NCBI GenBank assembly: GCA_001766815.1
Contig: LYOS01000005.1
Coordinates: 44,168 to 76,167 of the forward strand
DNA length: 32,000 bases
Reading direction: 5' to 3'
DNA from: Candidatus Syntropharchaeum caldarium
GTDB taxonomy: Archaea > Halobacteriota > Syntropharchaeia > Syntropharchaeales > Syntropharchaeaceae
Shown: positions 10,211 through 19,283 of the stretch, piece by piece
Layout of the letters: each line of letters starts with the position of its first letter
Position numbering within the stretch: position 1 is the first letter of the stretch
Translations under genes and position numbers: made by a program
Notes under the pieces: generated by a model
Told to the model about the DNA's origin: nothing
Databases searched by the model: none
Seen by the model: the letters and a program-made list of their open reading frames with translations, nothing else

Positions 10211-10504
10211 ATGGATGATAACATACCCATTTCACAGGTGATAAGAATGGAGATCAATGAGTATCGTGAAAAACGGCGTTTTATCGAGAAACAACATGAA
10301 CAAAAAAGCTTCAGGCGGCATCTGCTCATCTATATCATCTCGAACGTAACTTTTGGCATTATTTTCTTCTTCCTTGATAAATTGTGGATGATCTCCTTCC
10401 CTGTATTCTTCTGGGGAATTGGAATTTTGATACACTACATAAAATCGGTTTTGAAGTTTGATGATCGCTTTGAAAAACAGGAAGATCTGATACGAGAGCT
10501 TTAG
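10211..10504 (+). CDS. Small 2TM-domain membrane protein
   Basis: 97 aa. A basic helix (EYREKRRFIEKQHEQKSFRRHL) is followed by two hydrophobic helices (LIYIISNVTFGIIFFFL and ISFPVFFWGIGILIHYI), the pattern of the 2TM domain family. Confidence 0.5.
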   Translation: MDDNIPISQVIRMEINEYREKRRFIEKQHEQKSFRRHLLIYIISNVTFGIIFFFLDKLWMISFPVFFWGIGILIHYIKSVLKFDDRFEKQEDLIREL

Positions 10505-11616
10505 TGCCTGTTGTGTGCCCTCCTATCTTTCACAACAAGCACCGGTGGAAGCATAAGCGTTGCAGCAAAGAAGCAAAAGAAAATACCAAGCGCAAGCGCC
10601 TCACCCATCTGTCTCATCATTGTAAGGTCAGAAGCGGTCATCGCAAGAAAACCAGCGATTGTGGTGAGCGATACGATGACAAGTCCGACTCCGATATTTG
10701 TCACCGACTCAACGACCGCATCCTCAACACTCAGACCCTTCTCAACCTCCTCTTCATACCTGTGTATGATGTGAATACCATAATCGATTCCAAGACCCAT
10801 CAGCATCGAGATGAGCCCGGTCATCGCCGAAGAGAATGGTATCCCGAGATAACCCATCCATCCCCCGGTCCAGAATACCGCGAACGCAACCGGTGAGAGT
10901 GCAAGTAGCCCGTTTGTAACCGACCTGAAGTATAATATGACGATAAGAAGAACGAGAGTGAGTCCTATGAGTGATATGAATCTGAAATCCTTCATCGTGA
11001 GCTTATTCGTCTCATAATCAAGTGGAACCATCCCGCTCAAGCTCAGTGATACACCTTCAGGAAATGATACCCTCTCCATATCTCCCATGAGCCTCTCTGT
11101 CATATCTGCCTCGTTCTCCTCTGTATAAATCATATTCACCCTTATATTTATTAGCGTGTACCTGTAGTCCTCGCTCACAACAGCCTCAACCTGATCCTGG
11201 GGGAGATTTGAGAGAATTCCCTTCACAGAATCTTTTGAGGAGGGGACAAATCCATCCTGCTTTACAAGATCCGCGATCGAACTCACCCCTGTCACCCACT
11301 TCTCATCCTTTATCATCGAAGACAGGGTATCGATCGCTCGTATAACCTCAGGATCTCTAACATCATCCGCCTCAACGAGTATCTGGATCATATCCGCTCC
11401 GCCATACTCATCCTGTATCATGTGCATCGTCTGGATCACAGGGATATCGGATGGTACCATGTTCTCATAGGAGGTGATCATCTCGATTCTGCTCATTCCC
11501 TGAAGTGAGATAATCGTAAATAGAAGGACAAAGAGGATAACAAGCCATGGATGGTGGACTTCAAACCTTCCAAACCTCTTCAAGATCCCGGGGAGTGTAT
11601 CAAGAAGCATTCTCAT
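10501..11616 (-). CDS. Half-size RND/MMPL (HAE3-like, COG1033) transporter subunit, downstream paralog
   Basis: 371 aa. It has one N-terminal TM, an extracytoplasmic domain of about 170 aa, and then 5 TM helices of the sterol-sensing/MMPL type (GLGIDYGIHIIHRYEEE). It is clearly paralogous to the upstream gene (shared DVRDPEV..AID.L motif). Confidence 0.75.
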   Translation of the reverse strand: MRMLLDTLPGILKRFGRFEVHHPWLVILFVLLFTIISLQGMSRIEMITSYENMVPSDIPVIQTMHMIQDEYGGADMIQILVEADDVRDPEVIRAIDTLSSMIKDEKWVTGVSSIADLVKQDGFVPSSKDSVKGILSNLPQDQVEAVVSEDYRYTLINIRVNMIYTEENEADMTERLMGDMERVSFPEGVSLSLSGMVPLDYETNKLTMKDFRFISLIGLTLVLLIVILYFRSVTNGLLALSPVAFAVFWTGGWMGYLGIPFSSAMTGLISMLMGLGIDYGIHIIHRYEEEVEKGLSVEDAVVESVTNIGVGLVIVSLTTIAGFLAMTASDLTMMRQMGEALALGIFFCFFAATLMLPPVLVVKDRRAHNRH

Positions 11617-12736
11617 CTCTCCTATCTAAAAGGCAGAGGATACTCGGGAGTAAGAATATCGCAGATGCCATGCTGCAACCTATGCATAGAAATAACGCTT
11701 CTCCCATCTGCTGCATCATCGGCATACTCCCAAAGATTAGTGCGATAAATCCCCCCATCGTTGTTGCAGATGTTGAGATGATCGCAGATCCAACCTTCAC
11801 AACACTTGTCTCAACTGCATCATCGACCGTCATCCCCTTTGCACGCTCCTCCTTGTACCGATCAACGATATGGACACCATAAGCTATTCCTATCCCGATC
11901 ATCATCGATGTGACAACGCTTGTTGCCATGTTGAGTGGAATCCCGAGATAACCCATAAGACCCATCATCCAGACAACACCAAACGCCAGTGGGACCATCG
12001 GCTTCAGACCCCATCTTATGGAGGAGTATGAGATGATGAGGAGGAGAAGGACAAATATCATCGAGAGTGTGGTCGTCTTCCTATTATTCTCATTTATCAG
12101 ATCCATTATCGTGGATACAAGTGATGGAATCCCGGTCACATCAGCCCTTATACCGCTCGGGAACGCGGACTCAGATATGTCATGTTCTATATTCCGGGTG
12201 AGCCGCTTTGCAACGTTCTGATCAGATCCTGCATCGGTTGTGATCATGATGATCGTTGATGAGTAGTCTGATGCAATGTACTCCCTGAGCTCAGGATGGG
12301 CATTTATTATCTGCTTCACCCCCTCTATTTCCACTGGAATGGTTCCTCCGTTGTAGATTTTTATATAGTCAACGAGGCTCATCACAGAATAAACATGATC
12401 CTCATCTCTTATCCTGAGTTCCAATCGATCGATAGCCTCCAGAACCTCAGGGTCACGGACATCTGAGATTGCATATTCATCTGTTGAGTCGGGATCAAGC
12501 CTCACAACGACCATCTCCATATCACTTGCCCCGAATATCGATCGGATGAGCTTTGATGTCTTTATCACCGGTAAATCCTGCGGCATCCACTTCTCCATGT
12601 TTGCCTCTGATTTTATCTTCATCGCGCCGTTGAATGCAGCAAGGGTGATCAGGATACAGAGCACGAGGACAACGCCCGGGTGTGCGATCTGAATATCTGC
12701 GATACGTTTTAAGCCCTTCTCAAGCATCTCGATCAC
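11600..12736 (-). CDS. Half-size RND/MMPL (HAE3-like, COG1033) transporter subunit, upstream paralog
   Basis: 378 aa with the same 1+5 TM architecture (GIGIAYGVHIVDRYKEE). The GTG start overlaps the regulator stop (GTGA), with an alternative ATG at 12727. The 3' end overlaps the next gene by 17 nt. Confidence 0.75.
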   Translation of the reverse strand: MIEMLEKGLKRIADIQIAHPGVVLVLCILITLAAFNGAMKIKSEANMEKWMPQDLPVIKTSKLIRSIFGASDMEMVVVRLDPDSTDEYAISDVRDPEVLEAIDRLELRIRDEDHVYSVMSLVDYIKIYNGGTIPVEIEGVKQIINAHPELREYIASDYSSTIIMITTDAGSDQNVAKRLTRNIEHDISESAFPSGIRADVTGIPSLVSTIMDLINENNRKTTTLSMIFVLLLLIISYSSIRWGLKPMVPLAFGVVWMMGLMGYLGIPLNMATSVVTSMMIGIGIAYGVHIVDRYKEERAKGMTVDDAVETSVVKVGSAIISTSATTMGGFIALIFGSMPMMQQMGEALFLCIGCSMASAIFLLPSILCLLDRRDENAS

Positions 12737-13137
12737 TCCGCAAGCAGACCTTCGAGGTATCTTCTCGCCTGCTCAACCTCTTTTTTAAGCTCCTCTCCTC
12801 CATCAAATCCCTCAACGATCCCTTCTGCAACGGTCAGATCCTCATAGAGCCGCGCAAGCATCTGTTTTATCGTCTTTGTGAGATCCTTCTCGCATGTGTA
12901 GTAGACCTTCCGATCGCTTCTTTCCTTCACCCTCTTGATTATATAATGCCTCTCCAGGCGTTCAAGCGCACTTCTGCAGGCGGTGAGGCTTAAATGTGTT
13001 GCATCAGATATATCGTAGACGCTCATCGGCTCTCCTCTTATCCAGAGAACGCCGAGAATCTTACCATCTTTAGTGCTTCCTCCTAAGGCGGTGGTGAAAA
13101 GCTCAAAGACCCTGAGCATCTTCTCAATCTCATTCAT
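12733..13137 (-). CDS. Winged-helix transcriptional regulator (GbsR/MarR-like, COG1510-like)
   Basis: I trimmed the start to the ATG at 13137 (MNEIEKMLRVFELF...), which forms an ATGA overlap with the upstream stop. The wHTH core is GEPMSVYDISDATHLSLTACRSALERLERHYIIKRV. The longer ORF-track start at 13215 would overlap the upstream gene by 82 nt. Confidence 0.65.
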   Translation of the reverse strand: MNEIEKMLRVFELFTTALGGSTKDGKILGVLWIRGEPMSVYDISDATHLSLTACRSALERLERHYIIKRVKERSDRKVYYTCEKDLTKTIKQMLARLYEDLTVAEGIVEGFDGGEELKKEVEQARRYLEGLLAE

Positions 13138-14381
13138 CTTCTTCTCCTGAAGTGGTAGTAGATACCTCCTGCTAACACGATGATCACACCGATGATGATC
13201 CCGTAACCACTCCATCGTTCATGCTTTGGAGCACCAGGTGATACGGTAACAGAAACTGTTCGGTCAAATGTATAGACGTTGTAGTCACCTTTATCAGGAT
13301 CACCAGTACAGCGTATCCTTATCTTAAGAAGATACTCCCTTGGATCTGCTGGAGTCTCAACATCAAACGTGAGAGCTCCACTCCCTTCATCCCCAATATC
13401 GAGATCTCCGATGTAGGAACTTCGCTCATCGAAATCAAACGGCTGGGTCGCCTTCCTTATCGCCCTTATCTCAACAGACTTGGCATCCTCGCTTCCCGTG
13501 TTCTTCACGGTGATCTCAAGTCTCACATGATCGCCGCTTCTTATCGTCGCAGGGGTGATCCTGACAGAGGTAACCTCAAAGTCAGGCTTTGGCTCAACGA
13601 GAAGTCGAACCTCTTTCGTGATCGTGTAATCGTTGTTGCTCGTGTCCTTGTAGGTGATTGTAAGCAGTAAACTGTAATATCCATCCTCGATCCCTTCTTC
13701 AACATCTATATGGAATGTTGCCACGCTCTGTGATCCTGAATTTAAGATACCGATGTATGCGATGTTTGTCGAAGATTTTGATGGTTTGAAGCCATCAGGA
13801 CACTCAAGCTCGGCCTTAACCTCCTTTGCCTGCCCCTCACCTGCGTTTGATAGCGTTGCAGTTACGGTGACATAGTCATCCCCGGGTCTAACCTCTGTAG
13901 GATCGGTTGTGAGATCAGCCACATCGATTATGATCTCACCCCGCACATTGAAGACGATACCAAGCGTGGTCGGGGTCATTGTGCTTGTAACATACCCCTG
14001 TGTTGCGTTGTAATAGTACTCATCAAACGAGCATGTAATCGGTATCTCATACGTCCCATCGGGAGCCCCCTCTGCAACATGTACTGTTATCGTGATCTCC
14101 TTTGATGTCCATGCATTTATCGAGTGGATGTACTCGCTCGATGATCCGACCACCGAGATGTAATCACTGCTCTGGAAGTTCAATGTAATATGTCTTGCAT
14201 CCCTGCTTCCATCGTTCTTTATGGTGAGTGTAATATCTCTTGTATCACCGGGTGAGAGATCTACGGGCGTTACATCTGTTATCACTATATTTGCGTGCGA
14301 TCCTGCTGTTGAAACCGTGATTGTAGATGTTATAAGTAGTATCAGCCCAATTACAGCTATGACTTTACCCATCTGTATCAT
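13134..14381 (-). CDS. COG1361/CARDB-repeat S-layer-domain protein with an N-terminal signal and a C-terminal TM anchor
   Basis: 415 aa with four Ig-like repeats of about 90 aa (e.g. LSPGDTRDITLTIKNDGSRDARHITL, VRPGDDYVTVTATLSNAGEGQAKEV, IRSGDHVRLEITVKNTGSEDAKSVEI). The C-terminal helix has an RRRR tail. Confidence 0.7.
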   Translation of the reverse strand: MIQMGKVIAVIGLILLITSTITVSTAGSHANIVITDVTPVDLSPGDTRDITLTIKNDGSRDARHITLNFQSSDYISVVGSSSEYIHSINAWTSKEITITVHVAEGAPDGTYEIPITCSFDEYYYNATQGYVTSTMTPTTLGIVFNVRGEIIIDVADLTTDPTEVRPGDDYVTVTATLSNAGEGQAKEVKAELECPDGFKPSKSSTNIAYIGILNSGSQSVATFHIDVEEGIEDGYYSLLLTITYKDTSNNDYTITKEVRLLVEPKPDFEVTSVRITPATIRSGDHVRLEITVKNTGSEDAKSVEIRAIRKATQPFDFDERSSYIGDLDIGDEGSGALTFDVETPADPREYLLKIRIRCTGDPDKGDYNVYTFDRTVSVTVSPGAPKHERWSGYGIIIGVIIVLAGGIYYHFRRRR

Positions 14382-14404
14382 GATGGTAGATTAAGGTGAG
14401 CCTG

Positions 14405-14412
14405 TATATAAA
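14405..14412 (-). promoter_or_regulatory. Putative TATA box of the CARDB-regulator-RND operon (leaderless geometry)
   Basis: TTTATATA on the minus strand lies 24-31 nt upstream of the ATG at 14381, and no Shine-Dalgarno is visible. Confidence 0.4.
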
Positions 14413-14455
14413 CTTTACCAACTTTGTGATAAGTTTGATAAGTTATGATCTGTAG

Positions 14456-15421
14456 TTATAACCTTCCAAGCCGTTTTATACGTTTGACAGGGTTTGGATG
14501 TGTCGAGAAAAGCTCCATAAAGTGCTCGAATGTGCTTATTGATCCAGTACTATCTGCAAATTGCTGAAGCTCGTATGGATCGATCTTGCCGTCTCTGTTC
14601 AGATCTGCAGCCATGAGATCTATAGTATCTTTCTTTGCTCGACCTGGATCTGTCGCAAAGAACGCCCTCATACCCTCAAGCGCCTTCAGATCCTCTGGTT
14701 TAACGCGAGTTGAACCGTAAATCATCTTATAAAGGGCTGATGCAAGCTCATGTGGTTTTCCTGTAAGTTCAACACTTCCCTGGTCTGCATAATATTCCCT
14801 GATCCTCGATGCATAGAGTACAAGCAGGTTGCTGATGAAATACACGACAAATGCGAGCGCTGCGATCGCGATCGTTGCACCCATGTTTCGATCTCTTCTA
14901 CCAAACATGCTTGAGAAGAAGAACGACTGGAAGATGAAGTATGCGATCATCGGGATTACGCTGAGGGCTGTTATCACAACGACATCCCTGTGTTTGATGT
15001 GCGAGATCTCGTGCCCGAGCACTGCCTCAAGCTCGGCATCATCAAGCATCTTCATGAGTGGTACCGTGACACATACCCTTGCATTCCGCTTTGATCTACC
15101 AAATGCAAAAGCGTTCGGGATTCCAACCTGAGAGATTCCAACTCTGGGTTTTGGTATCCCGGCATCCCTTGCAAGTCTATCGATCATCTGATGTAGCTTT
15201 GGCGCCTCCATCTCGTCCACATACTTTATCTTCATCGACCACTCAACGATCTTTGGACCTATCAGGAACTGGAATGCAACGATGACAAATGCAAGCACTG
15301 CAAAAACGATCGGTGTTCCGTAACCTGTGAGATCGGCTATGAGAACCAGAAACGCATATATAAGCGCAAATAATGCTGCAACAAGCAGAAACATTCGGGT
15401 CTGCAACCAGATTGTCCTCAT
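14456..15421 (-). CDS. htpX: HtpX-type M48 zinc metalloprotease (membrane)
   Basis: 321 aa with N-terminal TM helices, the zinc motif HEISHIKHRD and a downstream REYYAD motif. The C-terminal HPNPVKRI is typical of HtpX. AGAGGTG lies about 8 nt upstream of the ATG. Confidence 0.85.
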   Translation of the reverse strand: MRTIWLQTRMFLLVAALFALIYAFLVLIADLTGYGTPIVFAVLAFVIVAFQFLIGPKIVEWSMKIKYVDEMEAPKLHQMIDRLARDAGIPKPRVGISQVGIPNAFAFGRSKRNARVCVTVPLMKMLDDAELEAVLGHEISHIKHRDVVVITALSVIPMIAYFIFQSFFFSSMFGRRDRNMGATIAIAALAFVVYFISNLLVLYASRIREYYADQGSVELTGKPHELASALYKMIYGSTRVKPEDLKALEGMRAFFATDPGRAKKDTIDLMAADLNRDGKIDPYELQQFADSTGSISTFEHFMELFSTHPNPVKRIKRLGRL

Positions 15422-15489
15422 CTTTAATACACCTCTCTGATCACACCTTATTGTGGTCGGTTGTATAAATAAGCTTTATCACGAGATAG

Positions 15490-17142
15490 CTACAACCCAA
15501 GCTCATTCAGTTTATTCTCTCCAGGTACACCATTCTCATCCCACCCTCTGATCGCGTAGTACTCATCAAGCGTCTTTTCAAAAGCTTCACGACTCAGTGT
15601 ATCAAAGAAGAGATCTGGTAGTGTATCATCTTCCCGTCCAAACCCTTCTCTGATGTTGTAGAGCCGTTCAAGATTCCATATCCGCTCTCCGACTTTCATA
15701 AGATCCTCGGAGGTGAATGAAACCCCTGTAACAGCAGTGAGGATATTTGCATACTCCTCCTCAGAGACACCAAAGAACGCAAACTTACATACAACAAGTG
15801 AGTCCACCGCAGCAAATCTATCCTGAAATACCTTCACATACCCGGCCTTTCCAGCAAATGTCAGCGGATTAATCGCCTTTGGTTTTTTGAGTATCTCTGG
15901 TGCGACCATGTAGGCTCTCGTGTGACATCCGCCTCGATTGGAGGTTGCATAGCTGAAGCCAAGCCCCATAACGCGACGAGGATCATAGCCTGGCAGTTCA
16001 AGCCCTTTGACCGATACAGACCCCCTCAATTTGAGTTTACCCTCTCCAAGATCCTCAAGAAGCCCTGAAATCTCTTTTGGGTCAGTTACACCGTGTGTTG
16101 CGAGAACAGATCCTGCTGAGATCGTATCGATTCCGTATTCGTTGCAGATGCGGTTAGCCTCAATTATTCGCTCAATATCACTGTTCAAAAGGTTTGGACC
16201 AAACATTGCGATCGTCTCATACTCTGGAAGCGCATGGCCACCCTTATCCTCTCGCTTGCAGGCGATCGGGCATGAAGAACAACCACGTCTTTTTGCTGTA
16301 TATTCATCTTTGAGTTTTGACCCATAAAGTGAGCCTGCATCAAATTTTTTTCCTCTGAAATTATCAACAGGGAGTATCTGCATCCACTCTGCGATCTTGA
16401 TGAGCATGGGCGTACCAAAGATTTTAAGCCCCCTGTCGATCGCAGGTGATGCAACAAGCATACGGTTTATCGTACGCCTCTGTCTCTCAAATTCATCCCT
16501 GTCATATATCTGAACTTTACCACTTCCACTCAATACGATTGCCTTGAGGTTCTTTGAGCCCATGACTGCTCCCACCCCACCCCTGGCAAAGGCATGTGAA
16601 CCGTCAAGGAGGATCGATGCTACATTGAGGAGTCTTTCACCCGCCCTTCCAATAACTGCAATAGATCCAGTATATCCTTCTTTCTTCAGGCGGTGCTGTG
16701 TATCTCCTGCATTCAGTCCCCACAGATCCTCACGCAGAATTATATCAACATTCTCATCCTTGATATTGATTATAACGGGCTTCTCTGCCCTGCCCCGCAG
16801 GACGATTGCATCAAATCCCGCACGTTTCAGCAGATACCCAAACTTTCCACCTGCGTTTGCATCAAAGATCGTTCCTGTCGCAGGTGACTTTGTTGAAACT
16901 GATGCTCTGCCGGACGCGGGTGCTGGTGTACCTGTCAGTGGACCCGCTGCAAAAACAAGGATGTTCTCGGGTGAAAGCGGATCAACAACCCCGTTGTCAT
17001 AAACAAGACGTGCACCAAGTCCTCTGCCACCAAGATAACCATGTAAAAGTGTGGTAGGGGGAGTTGTAATCCTGGTGCTGCCCGCTGAGAGGTCGACCTC
17101 AAGTAATTTTTTACACCAGCCGTAGCAATCTTTCATATTCAC
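15490..17142 (-). CDS. Aldehyde:ferredoxin oxidoreductase (tungstopterin AOR family)
   Basis: 550 aa. The N-terminus YGWCKKLLEVDLSAG resembles the AOR start. The 4Fe-4S ligand region is RRGCSSCPIACKR, and NRGGCHTRAY is also present. The protein is shorter than the roughly 600-aa canonical AORs I remember. The start may be the ATG at 17136. Confidence 0.8.
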   Translation of the reverse strand: MNMKDCYGWCKKLLEVDLSAGSTRITTPPTTLLHGYLGGRGLGARLVYDNGVVDPLSPENILVFAAGPLTGTPAPASGRASVSTKSPATGTIFDANAGGKFGYLLKRAGFDAIVLRGRAEKPVIINIKDENVDIILREDLWGLNAGDTQHRLKKEGYTGSIAVIGRAGERLLNVASILLDGSHAFARGGVGAVMGSKNLKAIVLSGSGKVQIYDRDEFERQRRTINRMLVASPAIDRGLKIFGTPMLIKIAEWMQILPVDNFRGKKFDAGSLYGSKLKDEYTAKRRGCSSCPIACKREDKGGHALPEYETIAMFGPNLLNSDIERIIEANRICNEYGIDTISAGSVLATHGVTDPKEISGLLEDLGEGKLKLRGSVSVKGLELPGYDPRRVMGLGFSYATSNRGGCHTRAYMVAPEILKKPKAINPLTFAGKAGYVKVFQDRFAAVDSLVVCKFAFFGVSEEEYANILTAVTGVSFTSEDLMKVGERIWNLERLYNIREGFGREDDTLPDLFFDTLSREAFEKTLDEYYAIRGWDENGVPGENKLNELGL

Positions 17143-17170
17143 AGGTTGGTTTTAGATTAATTAAGTTGTG

Positions 17171-17452
17171 CTATTCAATCCCCTCTCTCAAGAACCGTTC
17201 CTGCTCATCGGTATTCATCTCGATCAAGATCTCAAAAATACGTTTCATAGCGTCCGAGTTCAATCCATTCGCAATTGCAAACTCCTCCGCTCTCCTTAAG
17301 ACATCCTCAACCTGTTTGTTGTCCACGATCGCAAAATTTTGTTCTTTCTTGGCTTTATAGACATGAATGGCAAGATCTGTGCGCGCTTTGATAAGTTCTG
17401 CAATCTTAAGATCAATTTTTCTAATCTCTTCTCTAACTGCAGAAAGATCCAT
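17171..17452 (-). CDS. Chorismate mutase, AroQ class (stand-alone)
   Basis: 93 aa and all-helical. LSAVREEIRKIDLKIAELIKARTDLAIHVYKAKKE matches the AroQ signature (R..ID..I..L...R). Its ATG directly abuts the upstream stop (TGAATG). Confidence 0.75.
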   Translation of the reverse strand: MDLSAVREEIRKIDLKIAELIKARTDLAIHVYKAKKEQNFAIVDNKQVEDVLRRAEEFAIANGLNSDAMKRIFEILIEMNTDEQERFLREGIE

Positions 17453-18727
17453 TCACAAAACCCCCATGCCCTCTTCAAGAGCCAACTGATTTGAAGAACC
17501 TATAATAACCGTTCTATTGAGTGCATCATCAAACTCTACCAGTGTTATCCACGCCTTTCCATCATCCACAACCCATCTGCAGGGATCTCTCTCTTCAATG
17601 ACATCTGTTCTGTTCAGGGCTGTCATCATCTCACTGTATCCTTCGACAAACTCATCAGCGTCCTTCCTGCTATCCCAGCTTATATTGAAGATAAAGAGGT
17701 AATCGGTCTCGTTCTGATATAGCGCCAGCCTGTCTCCACCCCAGCCTGCAGCCGCGATAGTGGCATTGCCAGATGAGATATAATCATCGAGCATTGTGCG
17801 TATGAAGAGTTCACCCATCGTGTCCTCAACCGTCATCTGCCAGCCATCGAGTGGGGTCTCAGGTACGGACATATCAGCACCTCTCTCACCAGCAGAATAT
17901 TTATTCGGGTGCATTATCATCTCACATGTAGCTGGTGGGTTCAAATATGCATCATTTACCTTCTCCCAGCCCCCACCTTCTGTATAGAGTTGTGTCACAA
18001 AGAATTTGCCTTTTGTCTGCGCAAACATCCTGAATTCTTCAAGTGTTCTTCGCGTAACATCATCATAGACCCTGGTTATACCCATTGTAATTCCCGATGG
18101 TGTCTTTCCACAGTAGAGGTCATAGAAGAGTCTTGCATCCCCCTCAACAAGTGCCTTTGATGCCATGTACTGATCAAAGCTCGACTGATTGAGGATCGCC
18201 GTCAGATTGAAATGTTGATCCTGTAAAGCGTGAAGATACTCGTGCGCATAGATCTTCTCCAGCTCATCTTCATATCCCCGCACAATCACCATCTCTTTTT
18301 CCTTGATATCATAGTACGCCATAATGGTGCTCGATTTATACGCCGCCTCTACCTGATCAAGATCGTCCCCCTCTTCAACCATGAATAATGCCTTCAGGAG
18401 GATTTCGTCAGGGCGATCATCTCCATCATCTGTGCTATTGTATCGCTCTTCAAGCTCATTTTTCTCGATATACCGATGTGGAACTTCAGATTTAAGTTCA
18501 AGTCCACGAACCTCTTCCACCCGCTCACCGATCGCAGTAAAGTTGATTGATGTCTCCGAATAGGGTGTAATCGTTGGTAAAGGGGTGTCCTGTGGTGTTA
18601 AAGCTGGCGTTGGGGTAGGTACCTCTGTTGGCACACCTGACTCCTCCTCAATACAGCAGGAGGAGAAAGAAAAGATTGCTAAGATCAGTATCAGGAGTGC
18701 CTTTTTAATCTGCATGATCTCAAGCAT
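17453..18727 (-). CDS. Secreted or lipid-anchored putative zinc metallopeptidase (HExxH)
   Basis: There is a signal-like N-terminus with a Cys pair ([16 protein letters not shown]) and a Thr/Pro-rich linker ([23 protein letters not shown]). The zinc motif is [13 protein letters not shown], with a possible third ligand in LVEGDARLF. The ATG at 18727 overlaps the rpl37e 3' end by 8 nt. An alternative ATG at 18715 starts 5 nt after it. Confidence 0.55.
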   Translation of the reverse strand: MLEIMQIKKALLILILAIFSFSSCCIEEESGVPTEVPTPTPALTPQDTPLPTITPYSETSINFTAIGERVEEVRGLELKSEVPHRYIEKNELEERYNSTDDGDDRPDEILLKALFMVEEGDDLDQVEAAYKSSTIMAYYDIKEKEMVIVRGYEDELEKIYAHEYLHALQDQHFNLTAILNQSSFDQYMASKALVEGDARLFYDLYCGKTPSGITMGITRVYDDVTRRTLEEFRMFAQTKGKFFVTQLYTEGGGWEKVNDAYLNPPATCEMIMHPNKYSAGERGADMSVPETPLDGWQMTVEDTMGELFIRTMLDDYISSGNATIAAAGWGGDRLALYQNETDYLFIFNISWDSRKDADEFVEGYSEMMTALNRTDVIEERDPCRWVVDDGKAWITLVEFDDALNRTVIIGSSNQLALEEGMGVL

Positions 18728-18899
18728 TCCACTTAATCCGCTTGACCTGCCATTGATTTGACTTTAAACGCCGACTTCTACCAAACCCACAGGATGCGCA
18801 GATCTTTGAATGAACATTGTATGAATTACTTCCACAGCGTCTACATCTAATATGCGTCTTCTTCTGCCTTTTTCCCATCGATGGTGTTCCTTTTGTCAT
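18720..18899 (-). CDS. rpl37e: 50S ribosomal protein L37e (not in the ORF track, 59 aa)
   Basis: My translation of the minus strand is [59 protein letters not shown]. It has the conserved L37e N-terminus and a CxxC...CxxC zinc ribbon. A GAGGT Shine-Dalgarno lies upstream. It sits directly downstream of LSm, as in many archaea. Confidence 0.9.
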   Translation of the reverse strand: MTKGTPSMGKRQKKTHIRCRRCGSNSYNVHSKICASCGFGRSRRLKSNQWQVKRIKWNA

Positions 18900-18931
18900 C
18901 TAACCAACCTCATAATTATTAATTCAAAATT

Positions 18932-19150
18932 TTACGGTGAAATATACACGACGTTATCCCCTCTGAGAATTACCGTCCCAAGCTGCCTGTTATCTTCTTC
19001 TTTCATCGTCTCTTCTGCGTTATCAAGCACCAGATTCATATGAAGATCGTAACCCTGAAGCTCGCCCCTGATTTCACGCCCGCCCCTGATTCGCACGATC
19101 ACAGGTGTTTGTAAAGCTTCATTCAGGACATCCAATGGTCGCTGTGCCAT
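18932..19150 (-). CDS. Archaeal Sm-like protein (LSm/SmAP)
   Basis: 72 aa. The Sm1 and Sm2 motifs are [43 protein letters not shown] and [15 protein letters not shown]. Confidence 0.9.
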   Translation of the reverse strand: MAQRPLDVLNEALQTPVIVRIRGGREIRGELQGYDLHMNLVLDNAEETMKEEDNRQLGTVILRGDNVVYISP

Positions 19151-19283
19151 ATCAAATCAACTCCATCATTTCGATTAAATCATACTATAACGCTAAATTT
19201 TTCTCTATGATCTACTTAAACCTGTCGGGTGGCAGAAATAGGTAAAGTTATCTGGAAGACTTGCCCCAGTGATAATTTTGGTG

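Noticed and set aside
10501-10504. Convergent genes (the 2TM protein and the RND half) whose stop codons overlap (TTAG)
   Set aside because: The overlap is real, but it is a trivial consequence of genome compaction. Nothing suggests a function beyond the lack of an intergenic terminator.
12733-13215. Longer 160-aa version of the regulator ORF
   Set aside because: The extra 26 N-terminal codons overlap the upstream CARDB gene by 82 nt and encode an implausible Arg/His-rich leader. The internal ATG at 13137 gives a clean ATGA stop/start overlap and a normal wHTH protein.
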